A DNA stretch of 47,048 nt, from IMG/VR virus record IMGVR_UViG_2563366978_000001; one strand, 5' to 3'. The position numbers and the translations under genes are program-made. Shown in pieces: positions 31,269 through 42,727 of this stretch. Position 1 is the stretch's first letter, and each line of letters begins with the position of its first letter. Source of the stretch: a virus (Duplodnaviria; Heunggongvirae; Uroviricota; Caudoviricetes). The notes beneath the pieces are model-generated. The model searched no databases and was not told the origin of the DNA. It saw only the letters and a list, made by a program, of their open reading frames with translations.

Positions 31269-33822
31269 ACCGGTAGGCGATCTGGTCGTTGATTTAAGTC
31301 TGGATGCGGCCAGATTTGACGAGCAGATGGCCAGAGTCAGGCGTCATTTTTCCGGTACGGAAACTGATGCGAAAAAAACAGCGGCAGTCGTTGAACAGTC
31401 GCTGAGCCGACAGGCGCTGGCTGCACAGAAAGCGGGGATTTCCGTCGGGCAGTATAAAGCAGCCATGCGTATGCTGCCTGCACAGTTCACCGACGTGGCC
31501 ACGCAGCTTGCAGGCGGGCAAAGTCCGTGGCTGATCCTGCTGCAACAGGGTGGTCAGGTGAAGGACTCCTTCGGCGGGATGATCCCCATGTTCAGGGGGC
31601 TTGCCGGTGCGATCACCCTGCCGATGGTCGGGGCCACCTCGCTGGCGGTGGCTACAGGGGCGCTGGCGTATGCCTGGTATCAGGGCAACTCAACCCTGTC
31701 CGATTTCAACAAAACGCTGGTCCTTTCCGGTCATCAGTCAGGTCTGACGGCAGATCGTATGCTGGTCCTGTCCAGAGCCGGGCAGGCGGCAGGGCTGACG
31801 TTTAACCAGACCAGCGAGTCACTCAGCGCACTGGTTAAGGCGGGGGTAAGCGGTGAGGCTCAGATTGCGTCCATCAGTCAGAGTGTGGCGCGTTTCTCCT
31901 CTGCATCCGGTGTGGAGGTGGACAAGGTCGCTGAAGCCTTCGGGAAGCTGACCACAGACCCGACGTCGGGGTTGACGGCGATGGCACGCCAGTTCCATAA
32001 CGTGACGGCGGAACAGATTGCGTATGTTGCTCAGTTGCAGCGTTCCGGCGATGAAGCCGGGGCATTGCAGGCGGCGAACGAGGCCGCAACGAAAGGGTTT
32101 GATGACCAGACCCGACGCCTGAAAGAGAACATGGGCACGCTGGAAACCTGGGCAGACAGGACAGCACGGGCATTCAAATCCATGTGGGATGCGGTGCTGG
32201 ATATTGGTCGTCCTGATACCGCTCAGGAGATGCTGATTAAGGCAGAGGCTGCGTTTAAGAAAGCGGACGACATCTGGAATCTGCGCAAGGATGATTATTT
32301 TGTTAACGATGAAGCGCGGGCGCGTTACTGGGATGATCGTGAAAAGGCCCGTCTTGCGCTTGAAGCCGCCCGAAAGAAGGCTGAACAGCAGAGTCAACAG
32401 GACAAAAATGCGCAGCAGCAGAGCGATACCGAAGCGTCACGGCTGAAATATACCGAAGAGGCGCAGAAGGCTTACGAACGACTGCAGACGCCGCTGGAGA
32501 AATATACCGCCCGTCAGGAAGAACTGAATAAGGCACTGAAGGACGGGAAAATTCTGCAGGCAGATTACAACACACTGATGGCGGCGGCGAAAAAGGACTA
32601 TGAAGCGACGCTGAAAAAGCCGAAACAGTCCGGCGTGAAGGTGTCTGCGGGCGATCGTCAGGAAGACAGTGCTCATGCTGCCCTGCTGACGCTTCAGGCT
32701 GAACTCCGGACGCTGGAGAAGCATGCCGGAGCAAATGAGAAAATCAGCCAGCAGCGCCGGGATTTGTGGAAGGCGGAGAGTCAGTTCGCGGTACTGGAGG
32801 AGGCGGCGCAACGTCGCCAGCTGTCTGCACAGGAGAAATCCCTGCTGGCGCATAAAGATGAGACGCTGGAGTACAAACGCCAGCTGGCTGCACTTGGCGA
32901 CAAGGTTACGTATCAGGAGCGCCTGAACGCGCTGGCGCAGCAGGCGGATAAATTCGCACAGCAGCAACGGGCAAAACGGGCCGCCATTGATGCGAAAAGC
33001 CGGGGGCTGACTGACCGGCAGGCAGAACGGGAAGCCACAGAACAGCGCCTGAAGGAACAGTATGGCGATAATCCTCTGGCGCTGAATAACGTCATGTCAG
33101 AGCAGAAAAAGACCTGGGCGGCTGAAGACCTGCTTCGCGGGAACTGGATGGCTGGCCTCAAGTCCGGCTGGAGCGAGTGGAAAGAGAGTGCCACGGACAG
33201 TATGTCGCAGGTTAAAAGTGCAGCCACGCAGACCTTTGATGGTATTGCGCAGAATATGGCGGCGATGCTGACCGGCAGTGAGCAGAACTGGCGCAGCTTC
33301 ACCCGTTCCGTGCTGTCCATGATGACAGAAATTCTGCTTAAGCAGGCAATGGTGGGGATCGTCGGGAGTGTGGGCAGTGTCATTGGCGGTGCTGTCGGTG
33401 GTGACGCATCAGCGTCAGGCGGTACAGCCATTCAGGCCGCTGCGGCGAAATTCCATTTTGCGACCGGGGGATTTACGGGAACCGGCGGCAAATATGAGCC
33501 TGCGGGGATTGTTCACCGCGGTGAATTTGTCTTCACGAAGGAGGCAACCAGCCGGATTGGCGTGGGGAATCTCTACCGGCTGATGCGCGGCTATGCCACC
33601 GGTGGTTATGTCGGTGGCACCGGAAGTCCGGCGCAAATGCGGCGTTCAGAGGGTATCAGGTTTGAGCAGAACAACAACGTGGTGATTAACAACGACGGCA
33701 CGAACGGTCAGATAGGGCCACAGGCGCTGAAGGCTGTTTATGACGTAGCCCGTAAGGGGGCCAGTGATGTTATGCCGGCGCAGATGCGCGATGGTGGTCT
33801 GTTCTCCGGAGGTGGACGATGA
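31261..33822 (+). CDS. H: Tail tape measure protein H
   Basis: 853 aa, lambda gpH-like. Confidence 0.95.
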   Translation: MAEPVGDLVVDLSLDAARFDEQMARVRRHFSGTETDAKKTAAVVEQSLSRQALAAQKAGISVGQYKAAMRMLPAQFTDVATQLAGGQSPWLILLQQGGQVKDSFGGMIPMFRGLAGAITLPMVGATSLAVATGALAYAWYQGNSTLSDFNKTLVLSGHQSGLTADRMLVLSRAGQAAGLTFNQTSESLSALVKAGVSGEAQIASISQSVARFSSASGVEVDKVAEAFGKLTTDPTSGLTAMARQFHNVTAEQIAYVAQLQRSGDEAGALQAANEAATKGFDDQTRRLKENMGTLETWADRTARAFKSMWDAVLDIGRPDTAQEMLIKAEAAFKKADDIWNLRKDDYFVNDEARARYWDDREKARLALEAARKKAEQQSQQDKNAQQQSDTEASRLKYTEEAQKAYERLQTPLEKYTARQEELNKALKDGKILQADYNTLMAAAKKDYEATLKKPKQSGVKVSAGDRQEDSAHAALLTLQAELRTLEKHAGANEKISQQRRDLWKAESQFAVLEEAAQRRQLSAQEKSLLAHKDETLEYKRQLAALGDKVTYQERLNALAQQADKFAQQQRAKRAAIDAKSRGLTDRQAEREATEQRLKEQYGDNPLALNNVMSEQKKTWAAEDLLRGNWMAGLKSGWSEWKESATDSMSQVKSAATQTFDGIAQNMAAMLTGSEQNWRSFTRSVLSMMTEILLKQAMVGIVGSVGSVIGGAVGGDASASGGTAIQAAAAKFHFATGGFTGTGGKYEPAGIVHRGEFVFTKEATSRIGVGNLYRLMRGYATGGYVGGTGSPAQMRRSEGIRFEQNNNVVINNDGTNGQIGPQALKAVYDVARKGASDVMPAQMRDGGLFSGGGR

Positions 33823-34148
33823 AAACCTTCCGCTGGAAAGTGAAACCCGGTATGGATGTGGCTTCGGCCCCTTCCGTAAGAAAGGTGCGCTTTGGTGATG
33901 GCTATTCCCAGCGAGCGCCTGCCGGGCTGAACACTGACCTGAAAACGTACAGCGTGACGCTTTCTGTTCCCCGTTGGGAGGCCGCGGCGCTGGAGTCGTT
34001 TCTGGCTGAGCACGGGGGCTGGAAGGCCTTTCTGTGGACGCCGCCTTATGGCTACCGGCAGATAAAGGTGACCTGCGCAAAATGGTCGTCGCGGGTCAGT
34101 ATGTTGCGTGTTGAGTTCAGCGCAGAGTTTGAACAGGTGGTGAACTGA
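33819..34148 (+). CDS. M: Tail tip protein M
   Basis: 109 aa, lambda gpM-like. Confidence 0.9.
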   Translation: MKTFRWKVKPGMDVASAPSVRKVRFGDGYSQRAPAGLNTDLKTYSVTLSVPRWEAAALESFLAEHGGWKAFLWTPPYGYRQIKVTCAKWSSRVSMLRVEFSAEFEQVVN

Positions 34149-34846
34149 TGCAGGATATCCAACAGGAAACACTGAATGAATGCACCCGTGCGGAGCAGTC
34201 GGCCAGCGTGGTGCTCTGGGAAATCGATCTGACAGAGGTCGGTGGAGAGCGTTATTTTTTCTGTAATGAGCAGAACGAAAAAGGTGAGCCGGTCACCTGG
34301 CAGGGGCGACAGTATCAGCCGTATCCCATTCAGGGGAGTGGTTTTGAACTGAATGGCAAAGGCGCCAGTACGCGCCCCACGCTGACGGTTTCTAACCTGT
34401 ACGGTATGGTCACCGGGATGGTGGAAGATCTGCAGAGTCTGGTCGGCGGAACGGTGGTCAGGCGTAAGGTTTACGCCCGTTTTCTGGATGCGGTGAATTT
34501 CGTCAACGGAAACAGCGATGCCGATCCGGAGCAGGAGGTGATCAGCCGCTGGCGCGTCGAGCAGTGCAGCGAACTGAGCGCGGTCAGTGCCTCCTTTGTG
34601 TTGTCCACGCCGACGGAAACGGATGGTGCTGTTTTTCCGGGGCGCATCATGCTGGCCAACACCTGCACCTGGACCTATCGCGGTGATGAGTGCGGTTATA
34701 GCGGTCCGGCGGTCGCGGATGAATATGACCAGCCGACGTCCGATATCACGAAGGATAAATGCAGCAAATGCCTGAGCGGCTGTAAGTTTCGCAATAACGT
34801 CGGCAACTTTGGCGGCTTCCTTTCCATTAACAAACTTTCGCAGTAA
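34148..34846 (+). CDS. L: Tail tip protein L
   Basis: 232 aa, lambda gpL-like. Confidence 0.9.
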   Translation: MQDIQQETLNECTRAEQSASVVLWEIDLTEVGGERYFFCNEQNEKGEPVTWQGRQYQPYPIQGSGFELNGKGASTRPTLTVSNLYGMVTGMVEDLQSLVGGTVVRRKVYARFLDAVNFVNGNSDADPEQEVISRWRVEQCSELSAVSASFVLSTPTETDGAVFPGRIMLANTCTWTYRGDECGYSGPAVADEYDQPTSDITKDKCSKCLSGCKFRNNVGNFGGFLSINKLSQ

Positions 34847-34851
34847 ATCCC

Positions 34852-35595
34852 ATGACAGAGACAGAATCAGCGATTCTGGCGCATGCCCGGCGATGTGCGC
34901 CAGCGGAGTCGTGCGGCTTCGTGGTGAGAGCGCCGGAGGGGGAAAGATATTTTCCCTGCGTGAATATTTCCGGTGAGCCGGAGGATTATTTCCGGATGGC
35001 TCCGGAGGACTGGCTGCAGGCAGAGATGCAGGGTGAGATTGTGGCACTGGTCCACAGTCATCCCGGTGGTCTGCCCTGGCTGAGTGAGGCTGACCGGCGG
35101 CTGCAGGTGCAGAGTGATTTGCCGTGGTGGCTGGTCTGCCGGGGGGCGATTCACAAGTTCCGCTGTGTGCCACATCTTACCGGGCGTCGCTTTGAGCACG
35201 GGGTGACGGACTGTTACACGCTGTTCCGGGACGCTTACCATCTGGCGGGGATTGAGATGCCGGACTTTCATCGTGAGGATGACTGGTGGCGTAACGGCCA
35301 GAATCTCTATCTTGATAATCTGGAGGCCACAGGGCTGTATCAGGTGCCGTTGTCAGCGGCGCAGCCGGGCGATGTGCTGCTGTGCTGCTTTGGTTCATCG
35401 GTGCCGAATCATGCCGCTATTTACTGTGGTGACGGCGAGCTGCTGCACCATATTCCTGAACAACTGAGTAAACGAGAGAGGTATACCGACAAATGGCAGC
35501 GACGCACACACTCCCTCTGGCGTCACCGGGAATGGCACGCATCTGCCTTTACGGGGATTTGCAACGATTTGGCCGCCGCATCGACCTTCGTGTGA
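34852..35595 (+). CDS. K: Tail tip assembly protein K (JAMM/NlpC-P60 type); lambda-annotated start would be 34996
   Basis: HSHPGG motif; ORF packed directly after L. Confidence 0.85.
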   Translation: MTETESAILAHARRCAPAESCGFVVRAPEGERYFPCVNISGEPEDYFRMAPEDWLQAEMQGEIVALVHSHPGGLPWLSEADRRLQVQSDLPWWLVCRGAIHKFRCVPHLTGRRFEHGVTDCYTLFRDAYHLAGIEMPDFHREDDWWRNGQNLYLDNLEATGLYQVPLSAAQPGDVLLCCFGSSVPNHAAIYCGDGELLHHIPEQLSKRERYTDKWQRRTHSLWRHREWHASAFTGICNDLAAASTFV

Positions 35596-36164
35596 AAACG
35601 GGGGCTGAAGCCATCCGCGCACTGGCCACACAGCTCCCGGCGTTTCGTCAGAAACTGAGCGACGGCTGGTATCAGGTACGGATTGCCGGGCGGGACGTCA
35701 GCACGTCCGGATTAACGGCGCAGTTACATGAGACTCTGCCTGATGGCGCTGTGATTCATATTGTTCCCAGAGTCGCCGGGGCCAAGTCAGGTGGTGTATT
35801 CCAGATTGTCCTGGGAGCAGCCGCCATTGCCGGATCATTCTTTACCGCCGGAGCCACCCTTGCAGCATGGGGGGCAGCCATTGGTGCCGGTGGTATGACC
35901 GGCATTTTGTTTTCTCTCGGTGCCAGTATGGTGCTCGGTGGTGTGGCTCAGATGCTGGCACCGAAAGCCAGAACTCCCCGCACACAGACAACGGATAACG
36001 GTAAGCAGAACACCTATTTCTCCTCACTGGATAACATGGTTGCCCAGGGGAATGTTCTGCCCGTTCTGTACGGTGAAATGCGCGTGGGGTCACGCGTGAT
36101 TTCTCAGGAGATCAGCACGGCAGACGAAGGGGATGGTGGTCAGGTTGTGGTGATTGGTCGCTGA
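35493..36164 (+). CDS. I: Tail tip assembly protein I
   Basis: 223 aa, lambda gpI-like, overlaps K. Confidence 0.9.
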   Translation: MAATHTLPLASPGMARICLYGDLQRFGRRIDLRVKTGAEAIRALATQLPAFRQKLSDGWYQVRIAGRDVSTSGLTAQLHETLPDGAVIHIVPRVAGAKSGGVFQIVLGAAAIAGSFFTAGATLAAWGAAIGAGGMTGILFSLGASMVLGGVAQMLAPKARTPRTQTTDNGKQNTYFSSLDNMVAQGNVLPVLYGEMRVGSRVISQEISTADEGDGGQVVVIGR

Positions 36165-36224
36165 TGCAAAATGTTTTATGTGAAACCGCCTCCGGGCGGT
36201 TTTATCGTTTATGGATCATGACGA

Positions 36225-39200
36225 ATGGGTAAAGGCAGCAGTAAGGGGCATACCCCGCGCGAAGCGAAGGACAACCTGAAATCATCCCAGATGCTGAGCG
36301 TGATAGACGCCATCAGTGAAGGGCCGGTTGAAGGTCCGGTGGACGGATTAAAAAGTGTGCTGCTGAACAGTACGCCAGTGCTGGACAGTGAGGGGAATAC
36401 CAATATCTCCGGTGTCACGGTGGTGTTCCGGGCAGGTGAGCAGGAGCAGACACCGCCGGAGGGATTTGAATCCTCCGGCTCCGAGACGGTGCTGGGTACG
36501 GAAGTGAAGTACGACACGCCGATTACCCGGACCATCACGTCTGCAAACATCGACCGTCTGCGCTTTACCTTCGGTGTGCAGGCACTGGTGGAAACCACCT
36601 CAAAGGGGGACCGGAATCTGTCGGAAGTTCGCCTGCTGGTTCAGATACAGCGTAATGGTGGCTGGGTGACGGAAAAAGACATCACCATTAAGGGCAAAAC
36701 CACCTCACAGTATCTGGCCTCGGTGGTGGTGGATAACCTGCCGCCGCGCCCGTTTAATATCCGGATGCGCAGAATGACGCCGGACAGCACCACAGACCAG
36801 CTGCAGAACAAAACGCTCTGGTCGTCATACACCGAAATCATCGATGTGAAACAGTGCTACCCGAACACGGCACTGGTCGGCGTGCAGGTGGACTCGGAGC
36901 AGTTCGGCAGCCAGCAGGTGAGCCGTAATTATCATCTTCGCGGGCGCATTCTGCAGGTGCCGTCGAACTATAACCCGCAGACGCGGCAATACAGCGGTAT
37001 CTGGGACGGAACGTTTAAGCCAGCATACAGCAACAACATGGCCTGGTGTCTGTGGGATATGCTGACCCATCCGCGCTACGGCATGGGGAAACGTCTTGGT
37101 GCGGCAGATGTGGATAAATGGGCGCTGTATGTCATCGGCCAGTATTGCGACCAGTCGGTGCCGGATGGCTCTGGCGGCACGGAGCCGCGCATCACCTGTA
37201 ATGCGTACCTGGCCACACAGCGCAAGGCGTGGGATGTGCTCAGTGATTTCTGCTCGGCGATGCGCTGTATGCCGGTATGGAACGGGCAGACGCTGACATT
37301 CGTGCAGGACCGACCGTCGGATAAGGTGTGGACCTATAACCGCAGTAATGTGGTGATGCCGGATGATGGCGCGCCGTTCCGCTACAGCTTCAGCGCCCTG
37401 AAGGACCGCCATAATGCCGTTGAGGTGAACTGGATTGACCCGAACAACGGCTGGGAGACGGCGACAGAGCTTGTGGAGGACACGCAGGCCATTGCCCGTT
37501 ACGGTCGTAACGTCACGAAGATGGATGCCTTTGGCTGTACCAGCCGGGGGCAGGCACACCGCGCCGGGCTGTGGCTGATTAAAACGGAACTGCTGGAGAC
37601 GCAGACCGTGGATTTCAGCGTGGGTGCTGAAGGGCTTCGCCATGTACCGGGCGATGTCATTGAAATCTGCGATGATGACTATGCCGGTATCAGCACCGGT
37701 GGTCGCGTGCTGGCGGTGAACAGCCAGACCCGGACGCTGACGCTCGACCGTGAAATCACGCTGCCATCCTCCGGTACCACGCTGATAAGCCTGGTTGACG
37801 GAAGTGGTAATCCGGTCAGCGTGGAGGTTCAGTCCGTCACCGACGGACTTAAGGTGAAAGTGAATCGGGTTCCTGACGGCGTTGCAGAATACAGTGTGTG
37901 GGGGCTGAAGTTGCCGACGTTGCGTCAGCGCCTGTTCCGCTGTGTGAGTATCCGTGAGAACGATGACGGCACGTATGCCATCACTGCCGTGCAGCATGTA
38001 CCGGAAAAAGAAGCCATCGTGGATAACGGGGCGCACTTTGACGGCGACCAGAGCGGCACGGTGAATGGTGTCACGCCGCCAGCGGTGCAGCACCTGACCG
38101 CCGAAGTCACCGCAGACAGCGGGGAATACCAGGTGCTGGCGCGCTGGGATACGCCGAAGGTGGTGAAGGGCGTGAGCTTTATGCTTCGCCTGACCGTGGC
38201 AGCGGATGACGGCAGTGAGCGGCTGGTCAGCACGGCCCGGACGACGGAAACCACATACCGCTTCAGGCAGCTGGCTCTGGGAAATTACAGTCTGACAGTC
38301 CGGGCGGTAAATGCGTGGGGGCAGCAGGGCGATCCGGCGTCGGTATCGTTCCGGATTGCCGCACCGGCAGCACCATCGCGGATTGAGCTGACGCCGGGCT
38401 ATTTTCAGATAACCGCCACGCCGCATCTTGCGGTTTATGATCCGACTGTACAGTTTGAGTTCTGGTTCTCGGAAAATCGGATTGCGGATATCAGGCAGGT
38501 TGAAACCAGCGCGCGTTATCTTGGCACGGCGCTGTACTGGATAGCCGCCAGTATCAATATCAAACCGGGCCATGATTATTATTTTTACGTTCGCAGTGTG
38601 AACACCGTCGGCAAATCGACATTCGTGGAGGCTGTCGGCCGGGCGAGCGATGATGCGGAAGGTTACCTGGATTTTTTCAAAGGCCAGATAACCGAATCCC
38701 ATCTCGGCAAGGAGCTGCTGGAAAAAGTCGAGCTGACGGAGGATAACGCCAGCAAACTGGAGGAGTTCTCGAAAGAGTGGAAAGACGCCAACGATAAATG
38801 GAATGCCATGTGGGGTGTCAAAATTGAGCAGACCGAAGACGGCAAACATTATGTCGCGGGGCTTGGCCTCAGCATGGAGGATACAGAGGAAGGCAAACTG
38901 AGCCAGTTCCTGGTTGCCGCTAACCGTATCGCGTTTATTGACCCGGCAAACGGGAATGAAACGCCGATGTTTGTGGCGCAGGGCAACCAGATATTCATGA
39001 ACGAAGTGTTCCTGAAGTATCTGACGGCTCCCACCATTACCAGTGGCGGCAATCCTCCGGTATTTTCCCTGACACCGGACGGGCGGCTGACGGCGAAAAA
39101 TGCCGATATCAGCGGTAACGTGAATGCGAACTCCGGGACGCTCAATAATGTCACGATTAACGAGAACTGTCGGGTTCTGGGAAAACTGTCCGCGAACCAG

Positions 39201-39620
39201 ATTGAAGGCGATCTCGTTAAAACAGTGGGCAAAGCTTTCCCCCGGGACTCCCGTGCACCGGAGCGGTGGCCATCAGGGACTATTACCGTCAGGGTTTATG
39301 ACGATCAGTCGTTTGACCGGCAAATTGTTATTCCAGCGGTGGCTTTCTGCGGTGCCAGACATGAGCGGGAGAATAGCGATACTTATTCGTCATGCCGCCT
39401 GATAGTGAAGAAAAACGGGGCTGAAATTTATAACCGAACGGCTCTGGATAATACTCTGATTTACACGGGTGTTATTGATATGCCTGCAGGCAGTGGTGTA
39501 ATGACACTGGAGTTTTCTGTATCAGCATGGTGGGTAAATGGTTGGTATCCCACAGCAAGTATCAGCGATTTGCTGGTTGTTGTGATGAAGAAAGCCACTG
39601 CAGGCATCAGTATCAGCTGA
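36225..39620 (+). CDS. J: Central tail fibre / host specificity protein J
   Basis: 1131 aa, lambda gpJ-like. Confidence 0.95.
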   Translation: MGKGSSKGHTPREAKDNLKSSQMLSVIDAISEGPVEGPVDGLKSVLLNSTPVLDSEGNTNISGVTVVFRAGEQEQTPPEGFESSGSETVLGTEVKYDTPITRTITSANIDRLRFTFGVQALVETTSKGDRNLSEVRLLVQIQRNGGWVTEKDITIKGKTTSQYLASVVVDNLPPRPFNIRMRRMTPDSTTDQLQNKTLWSSYTEIIDVKQCYPNTALVGVQVDSEQFGSQQVSRNYHLRGRILQVPSNYNPQTRQYSGIWDGTFKPAYSNNMAWCLWDMLTHPRYGMGKRLGAADVDKWALYVIGQYCDQSVPDGSGGTEPRITCNAYLATQRKAWDVLSDFCSAMRCMPVWNGQTLTFVQDRPSDKVWTYNRSNVVMPDDGAPFRYSFSALKDRHNAVEVNWIDPNNGWETATELVEDTQAIARYGRNVTKMDAFGCTSRGQAHRAGLWLIKTELLETQTVDFSVGAEGLRHVPGDVIEICDDDYAGISTGGRVLAVNSQTRTLTLDREITLPSSGTTLISLVDGSGNPVSVEVQSVTDGLKVKVNRVPDGVAEYSVWGLKLPTLRQRLFRCVSIRENDDGTYAITAVQHVPEKEAIVDNGAHFDGDQSGTVNGVTPPAVQHLTAEVTADSGEYQVLARWDTPKVVKGVSFMLRLTVAADDGSERLVSTARTTETTYRFRQLALGNYSLTVRAVNAWGQQGDPASVSFRIAAPAAPSRIELTPGYFQITATPHLAVYDPTVQFEFWFSENRIADIRQVETSARYLGTALYWIAASINIKPGHDYYFYVRSVNTVGKSTFVEAVGRASDDAEGYLDFFKGQITESHLGKELLEKVELTEDNASKLEEFSKEWKDANDKWNAMWGVKIEQTEDGKHYVAGLGLSMEDTEEGKLSQFLVAANRIAFIDPANGNETPMFVAQGNQIFMNEVFLKYLTAPTITSGGNPPVFSLTPDGRLTAKNADISGNVNANSGTLNNVTINENCRVLGKLSANQIEGDLVKTVGKAFPRDSRAPERWPSGTITVRVYDDQSFDRQIVIPAVAFCGARHERENSDTYSSCRLIVKKNGAEIYNRTALDNTLIYTGVIDMPAGSGVMTLEFSVSAWWVNGWYPTASISDLLVVVMKKATAGISIS

Positions 39621-39639
39621 ATTTTATAACCCCAATACG

Positions 39640-39663
39640 GGCGTCAGAAATGACGCCTTTTTT
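39640..39663 (+). terminator. Intrinsic terminator after J (GGCGTCA-GAAA-TGACGCC then T6)
   Basis: Stem-loop plus T-tract. Confidence 0.65.
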
Positions 39664-39687
39664 ATTGCAGAAAAGCGAGAGGTAATT

Positions 39688-40287
39688 ATGCGTAAATTAT
39701 GTGCTGTTATTCTGTCCGCAGTAGTCTGGCTGGTTGCCGCTGGTACGCCAGCGAGCGCAGCAGAGCATCAGTCCACACTAAGCGCCGGGTATCTTCAGAC
39801 CCATACTGATATGCCAGGCAGTGATGACCTGAAGGGCATTAACGTGAAATACCGTTATGAATTTACGGACACGCTGGGGCTGGTGACGTCATTCAGTTAT
39901 GCCAATGCCAAAGATGAGCAAAAAACGCATTACAGCGATACCCGCTGGCATGAAGATTCCGTGCGTAACCGCTGGTTCAGCATGATGGCGGGGCCATCTG
40001 TACGCGTGAATGAATGGTTCAGTGCTTATGCGATGGCGGGTATGGCTTACAGCCGTGTGTCGACCTTCTCCGGGGATTATCTCCGCGTAACTGACAACAA
40101 GGGGAAAACGCACGATGTGCTGACCGGAAGTGATGACGGTCGCCACAGCAACACGTCTCTGGCGTGGGGGGCTGGCGTGCAGTTTAACCCGACCGAATCC
40201 GTGGCCATTGACCTTGCTTATGAAGGTTCCGGCAGTGGTGACTGGCGCACTGACGGTTTCATCGTGGGTGTCGGTTATAAATTCTGA
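39688..40287 (+). CDS. lom: Outer membrane protein Lom (Ail/Lom family)
   Basis: Signal peptide; C-terminus AYEGSGSGDWRTDGFIVGVGYKF matches lambda Lom. Confidence 0.9.
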   Translation: MRKLCAVILSAVVWLVAAGTPASAAEHQSTLSAGYLQTHTDMPGSDDLKGINVKYRYEFTDTLGLVTSFSYANAKDEQKTHYSDTRWHEDSVRNRWFSMMAGPSVRVNEWFSAYAMAGMAYSRVSTFSGDYLRVTDNKGKTHDVLTGSDDGRHSNTSLAWGAGVQFNPTESVAIDLAYEGSGSGDWRTDGFIVGVGYKF

Positions 40288-40313
40288 TTAGCCAGGTAAC
40301 ACAGTGTTATGAC

Positions 40314-40341
40314 AGCCCGCCGGTTCAGGCGGGCTTTTTTG
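40314..40341 (+). terminator. Intrinsic terminator after lom (AGCCCGCC-GGTTCA-GGCGGGCT then T6)
   Basis: Stem-loop plus T-tract. Confidence 0.65.
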
Positions 40342-40351
40342 TGGAGTGGAT

Positions 40352-42727
40352 ATGGCAGCAGTAAAAATCTCAGGTGTGCTGAAAGATGGTGCGGGAAAAC
40401 CAATACAGAACTGCACTATTCAACTGAAGGCAAAGCGTAACAGCACCACGGTACTGGTGAACACGGTGGCCTCTGAAAATCCTGATGAAGCCGGGCGTTA
40501 CAGTATGGACGTTGAGTATGGTCAGTACAGCGTCATCCTGTGGATTGAGGGTTCTCAGCCATCACATGTTGGGACCATTACCGTCTATGAAGGTTCCTGT
40601 CCGGGGACGCTGAATGATTTTCTCGGTGCCATGACGGAAGATGATGTCATGCCGGAGGCATTGCGCCGTTTTCAGGAAATGGTGGAAGAAGCGGCACGCA
40701 ACGCCGAAGCCGCCTCTCAGAGCGCAGCGGCGGCAAAGAAATCCGAAACTGCAGCGGCATCATCGAAGAACGCGGCGAAAACCTCAGAAACGAATGCAGC
40801 TAACAGCGCACAGGCGGCAGCGACCTCACAGACTGCATCGGCAAACTCCGCGACAGCAGCCAAAAAATCAGAAACCAACGCGAAAAACAGCGAGACAGCC
40901 GCAAAGACGAGCGAAACCAACGCAAAGTCCAGCCAGACGGCAGCGAAAACCAGCGAAACGAATGCCAAAGCCAGTGAAACTGCGGCGAAAAGCAGTCAGG
41001 ATGCAGCAGCCGAAAGCGAGAGCGCGGCAGCTGGTTCTGCGACTTCAGCTGCTGGATCAGCAACTGCTGCGGCTAACAGTCAGAAAGCAGCGAAGACGAG
41101 TGAAACTAACGCAAAGTCCAGCCAGACGGCAGCGAAGACCAGCGAAACGAATGCCAAAGCCAGCGAAACTGCGGCGAAAAGCAGTCAGGATGCAGCAGCC
41201 GAAAGCGAGAGTGCTGCAGCTGGTTCTGCAAGCGCGGCTGCTGCTTCTGCCACTGCATCAGCTAACAGTCAAAAAGCAGCAAAAACCAGTGAAACCAACG
41301 CAAAGGTGAGCGAAACAGCGGCTGCGAACTCAGCGAAAGCATCGGCAGCAAGCCAGACGGCAGCTAAAGCAAGCGAAGATGCAGCCAGAGAGTACGCAAG
41401 CCAGGCTGCGGAGCCGTATAAATATGTCTTACAGCCGCTGCCTGATGTGTGGATACCATTTAACGATTCGCTGGATATGATTACGGGCTTTTCGCCGTCA
41501 TATAAAAAGATTGTTATTGGTGATGATGAAATAACGATGCCTGGCGACAAGGTTGTTAAGTTTAAACGCGCATCGAAAGCAACCTATATTAATAAATCTG
41601 GTGTGCTGACAGAGGCTGCCATTGACGAGCCACGGTTTGAACGTGATGGCCTGCTTATTGAGGGGCAAAGAACGAACTACATGCTCAATTCGGAAAGCCC
41701 TGCCAGTTGGGGGCGATCGTCAAATATGGATGTTCCCGAAACCGGGACGGATAGTTTTGGTTTTACCTATGGAAAGTTCGTCTGTAACGATTCTCTGATT
41801 GGGCAAACCTCAGCCATTAATATGGCATCAATTGCTGCAACAAAGTCAGTTGATGTCTCAGGCGATAATAAACACGTGACAACCTCATGTCGTTTTAAAA
41901 CAGAACTGCAGGTAAGGTTGCGTATCCGGTTTGATAAATATGACGGTAGCGCAACAACTTTTCTTGGTGATGCGTATATTGATACACAAACGCTTGAAAT
42001 TAATATGACAGGCGGTGCTGCCTCAAGGATTACAGCGAGAGTCAGAAAGGACGAAGCTACCGGATGGATTTTTGCAGAGGCAACAATTCAGGCAATTGAT
42101 GGGGAGTTAAAAATAGGCTCTCAGATACAGTATTCTCCTAAGCAGAGCGGGGCAACCGTATCTGGTGACTATATTTATCTGGCCACCCCACAAGTAGAAG
42201 ATGGGCCTTGTGTATCATCTTTTATTATATCAGGAGCGACGGCGGCGACCCGCGCAAGCGATATAGTTACAGTTCCAATTAAGAATAATCTTTATAAGAT
42301 TCCTTTTACGGTTCTTTGTGAGGTACATAAGAACTGGTATAAAACGCCAAATGCAGCGCCACGTGTTTTTGATACCGGCGGTCATCAAACCGGAGCGGCT
42401 ATTATTCTTGGCTTCGGTCGTTCAACAGATTACGACGGATTTCCTTATTGCGATATTGGAGGAGCTAACAGACGGGTAAACGAAAACGCATCGCTTGAAA
42501 AAATGGTTATGGGGATGCGTGTAAAGTCAGAGCAGTCTACGTGCTCAGTAAGTAACGGGCATATATCCAGCGAAACAAAAACCACATGGTCCTGTATTCA
42601 GAACACCGCAATTATCCGTATTGGAGGCCAGACTACAGCCGGGTTACGTCATTTATTTGGTCATGTCAGGAATTTCAGAATATGGCACAAGGCATTGACT
42701 GATGCTCAGGTGGGGGAGTCAATCTAA
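40352..42727 (+). CDS. stf: Side tail fibre: lambda Stf-like N-terminus, repetitive Ala/Ser/Thr-rich shaft, different C-terminal receptor-binding domain (LamG-like motif NFRIWHKALTDAQV)
   Basis: N-terminal about 120 aa match lambda Stf; internal 189-bp tandem repeat; C-terminus unlike lambda. Confidence 0.8.
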   Translation: MAAVKISGVLKDGAGKPIQNCTIQLKAKRNSTTVLVNTVASENPDEAGRYSMDVEYGQYSVILWIEGSQPSHVGTITVYEGSCPGTLNDFLGAMTEDDVMPEALRRFQEMVEEAARNAEAASQSAAAAKKSETAAASSKNAAKTSETNAANSAQAAATSQTASANSATAAKKSETNAKNSETAAKTSETNAKSSQTAAKTSETNAKASETAAKSSQDAAAESESAAAGSATSAAGSATAAANSQKAAKTSETNAKSSQTAAKTSETNAKASETAAKSSQDAAAESESAAAGSASAAAASATASANSQKAAKTSETNAKVSETAAANSAKASAASQTAAKASEDAAREYASQAAEPYKYVLQPLPDVWIPFNDSLDMITGFSPSYKKIVIGDDEITMPGDKVVKFKRASKATYINKSGVLTEAAIDEPRFERDGLLIEGQRTNYMLNSESPASWGRSSNMDVPETGTDSFGFTYGKFVCNDSLIGQTSAINMASIAATKSVDVSGDNKHVTTSCRFKTELQVRLRIRFDKYDGSATTFLGDAYIDTQTLEINMTGGAASRITARVRKDEATGWIFAEATIQAIDGELKIGSQIQYSPKQSGATVSGDYIYLATPQVEDGPCVSSFIISGATAATRASDIVTVPIKNNLYKIPFTVLCEVHKNWYKTPNAAPRVFDTGGHQTGAAIILGFGRSTDYDGFPYCDIGGANRRVNENASLEKMVMGMRVKSEQSTCSVSNGHISSETKTTWSCIQNTAIIRIGGQTTAGLRHLFGHVRNFRIWHKALTDAQVGESI

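Noticed and set aside
32437-32967. 176-aa and neighbouring minus-strand ORFs inside H
   Set aside because: Antisense to the tape measure gene; Leu/Arg/Gln-rich antisense-type composition.
34052-35173. 373-aa ORF antisense to L and K
   Set aside because: Same reasoning; Pro/Arg/Ala-rich low-complexity translation typical of antisense frames.
36825-38849. 674-aa ORF antisense to J
   Set aside because: Lies entirely inside the lambda-like J gene on the opposite strand; long antisense ORFs are expected in GC-rich coding sequence; no RBS or coherent protein features.
40641-41309. 222-aa Arg-rich ORF in an alternative frame of stf (and small antisense ORFs 40717-41063)
   Set aside because: Artefact of the tandem repeat in the stf shaft; the stf frame is continuous and lambda-like at its N-terminus.
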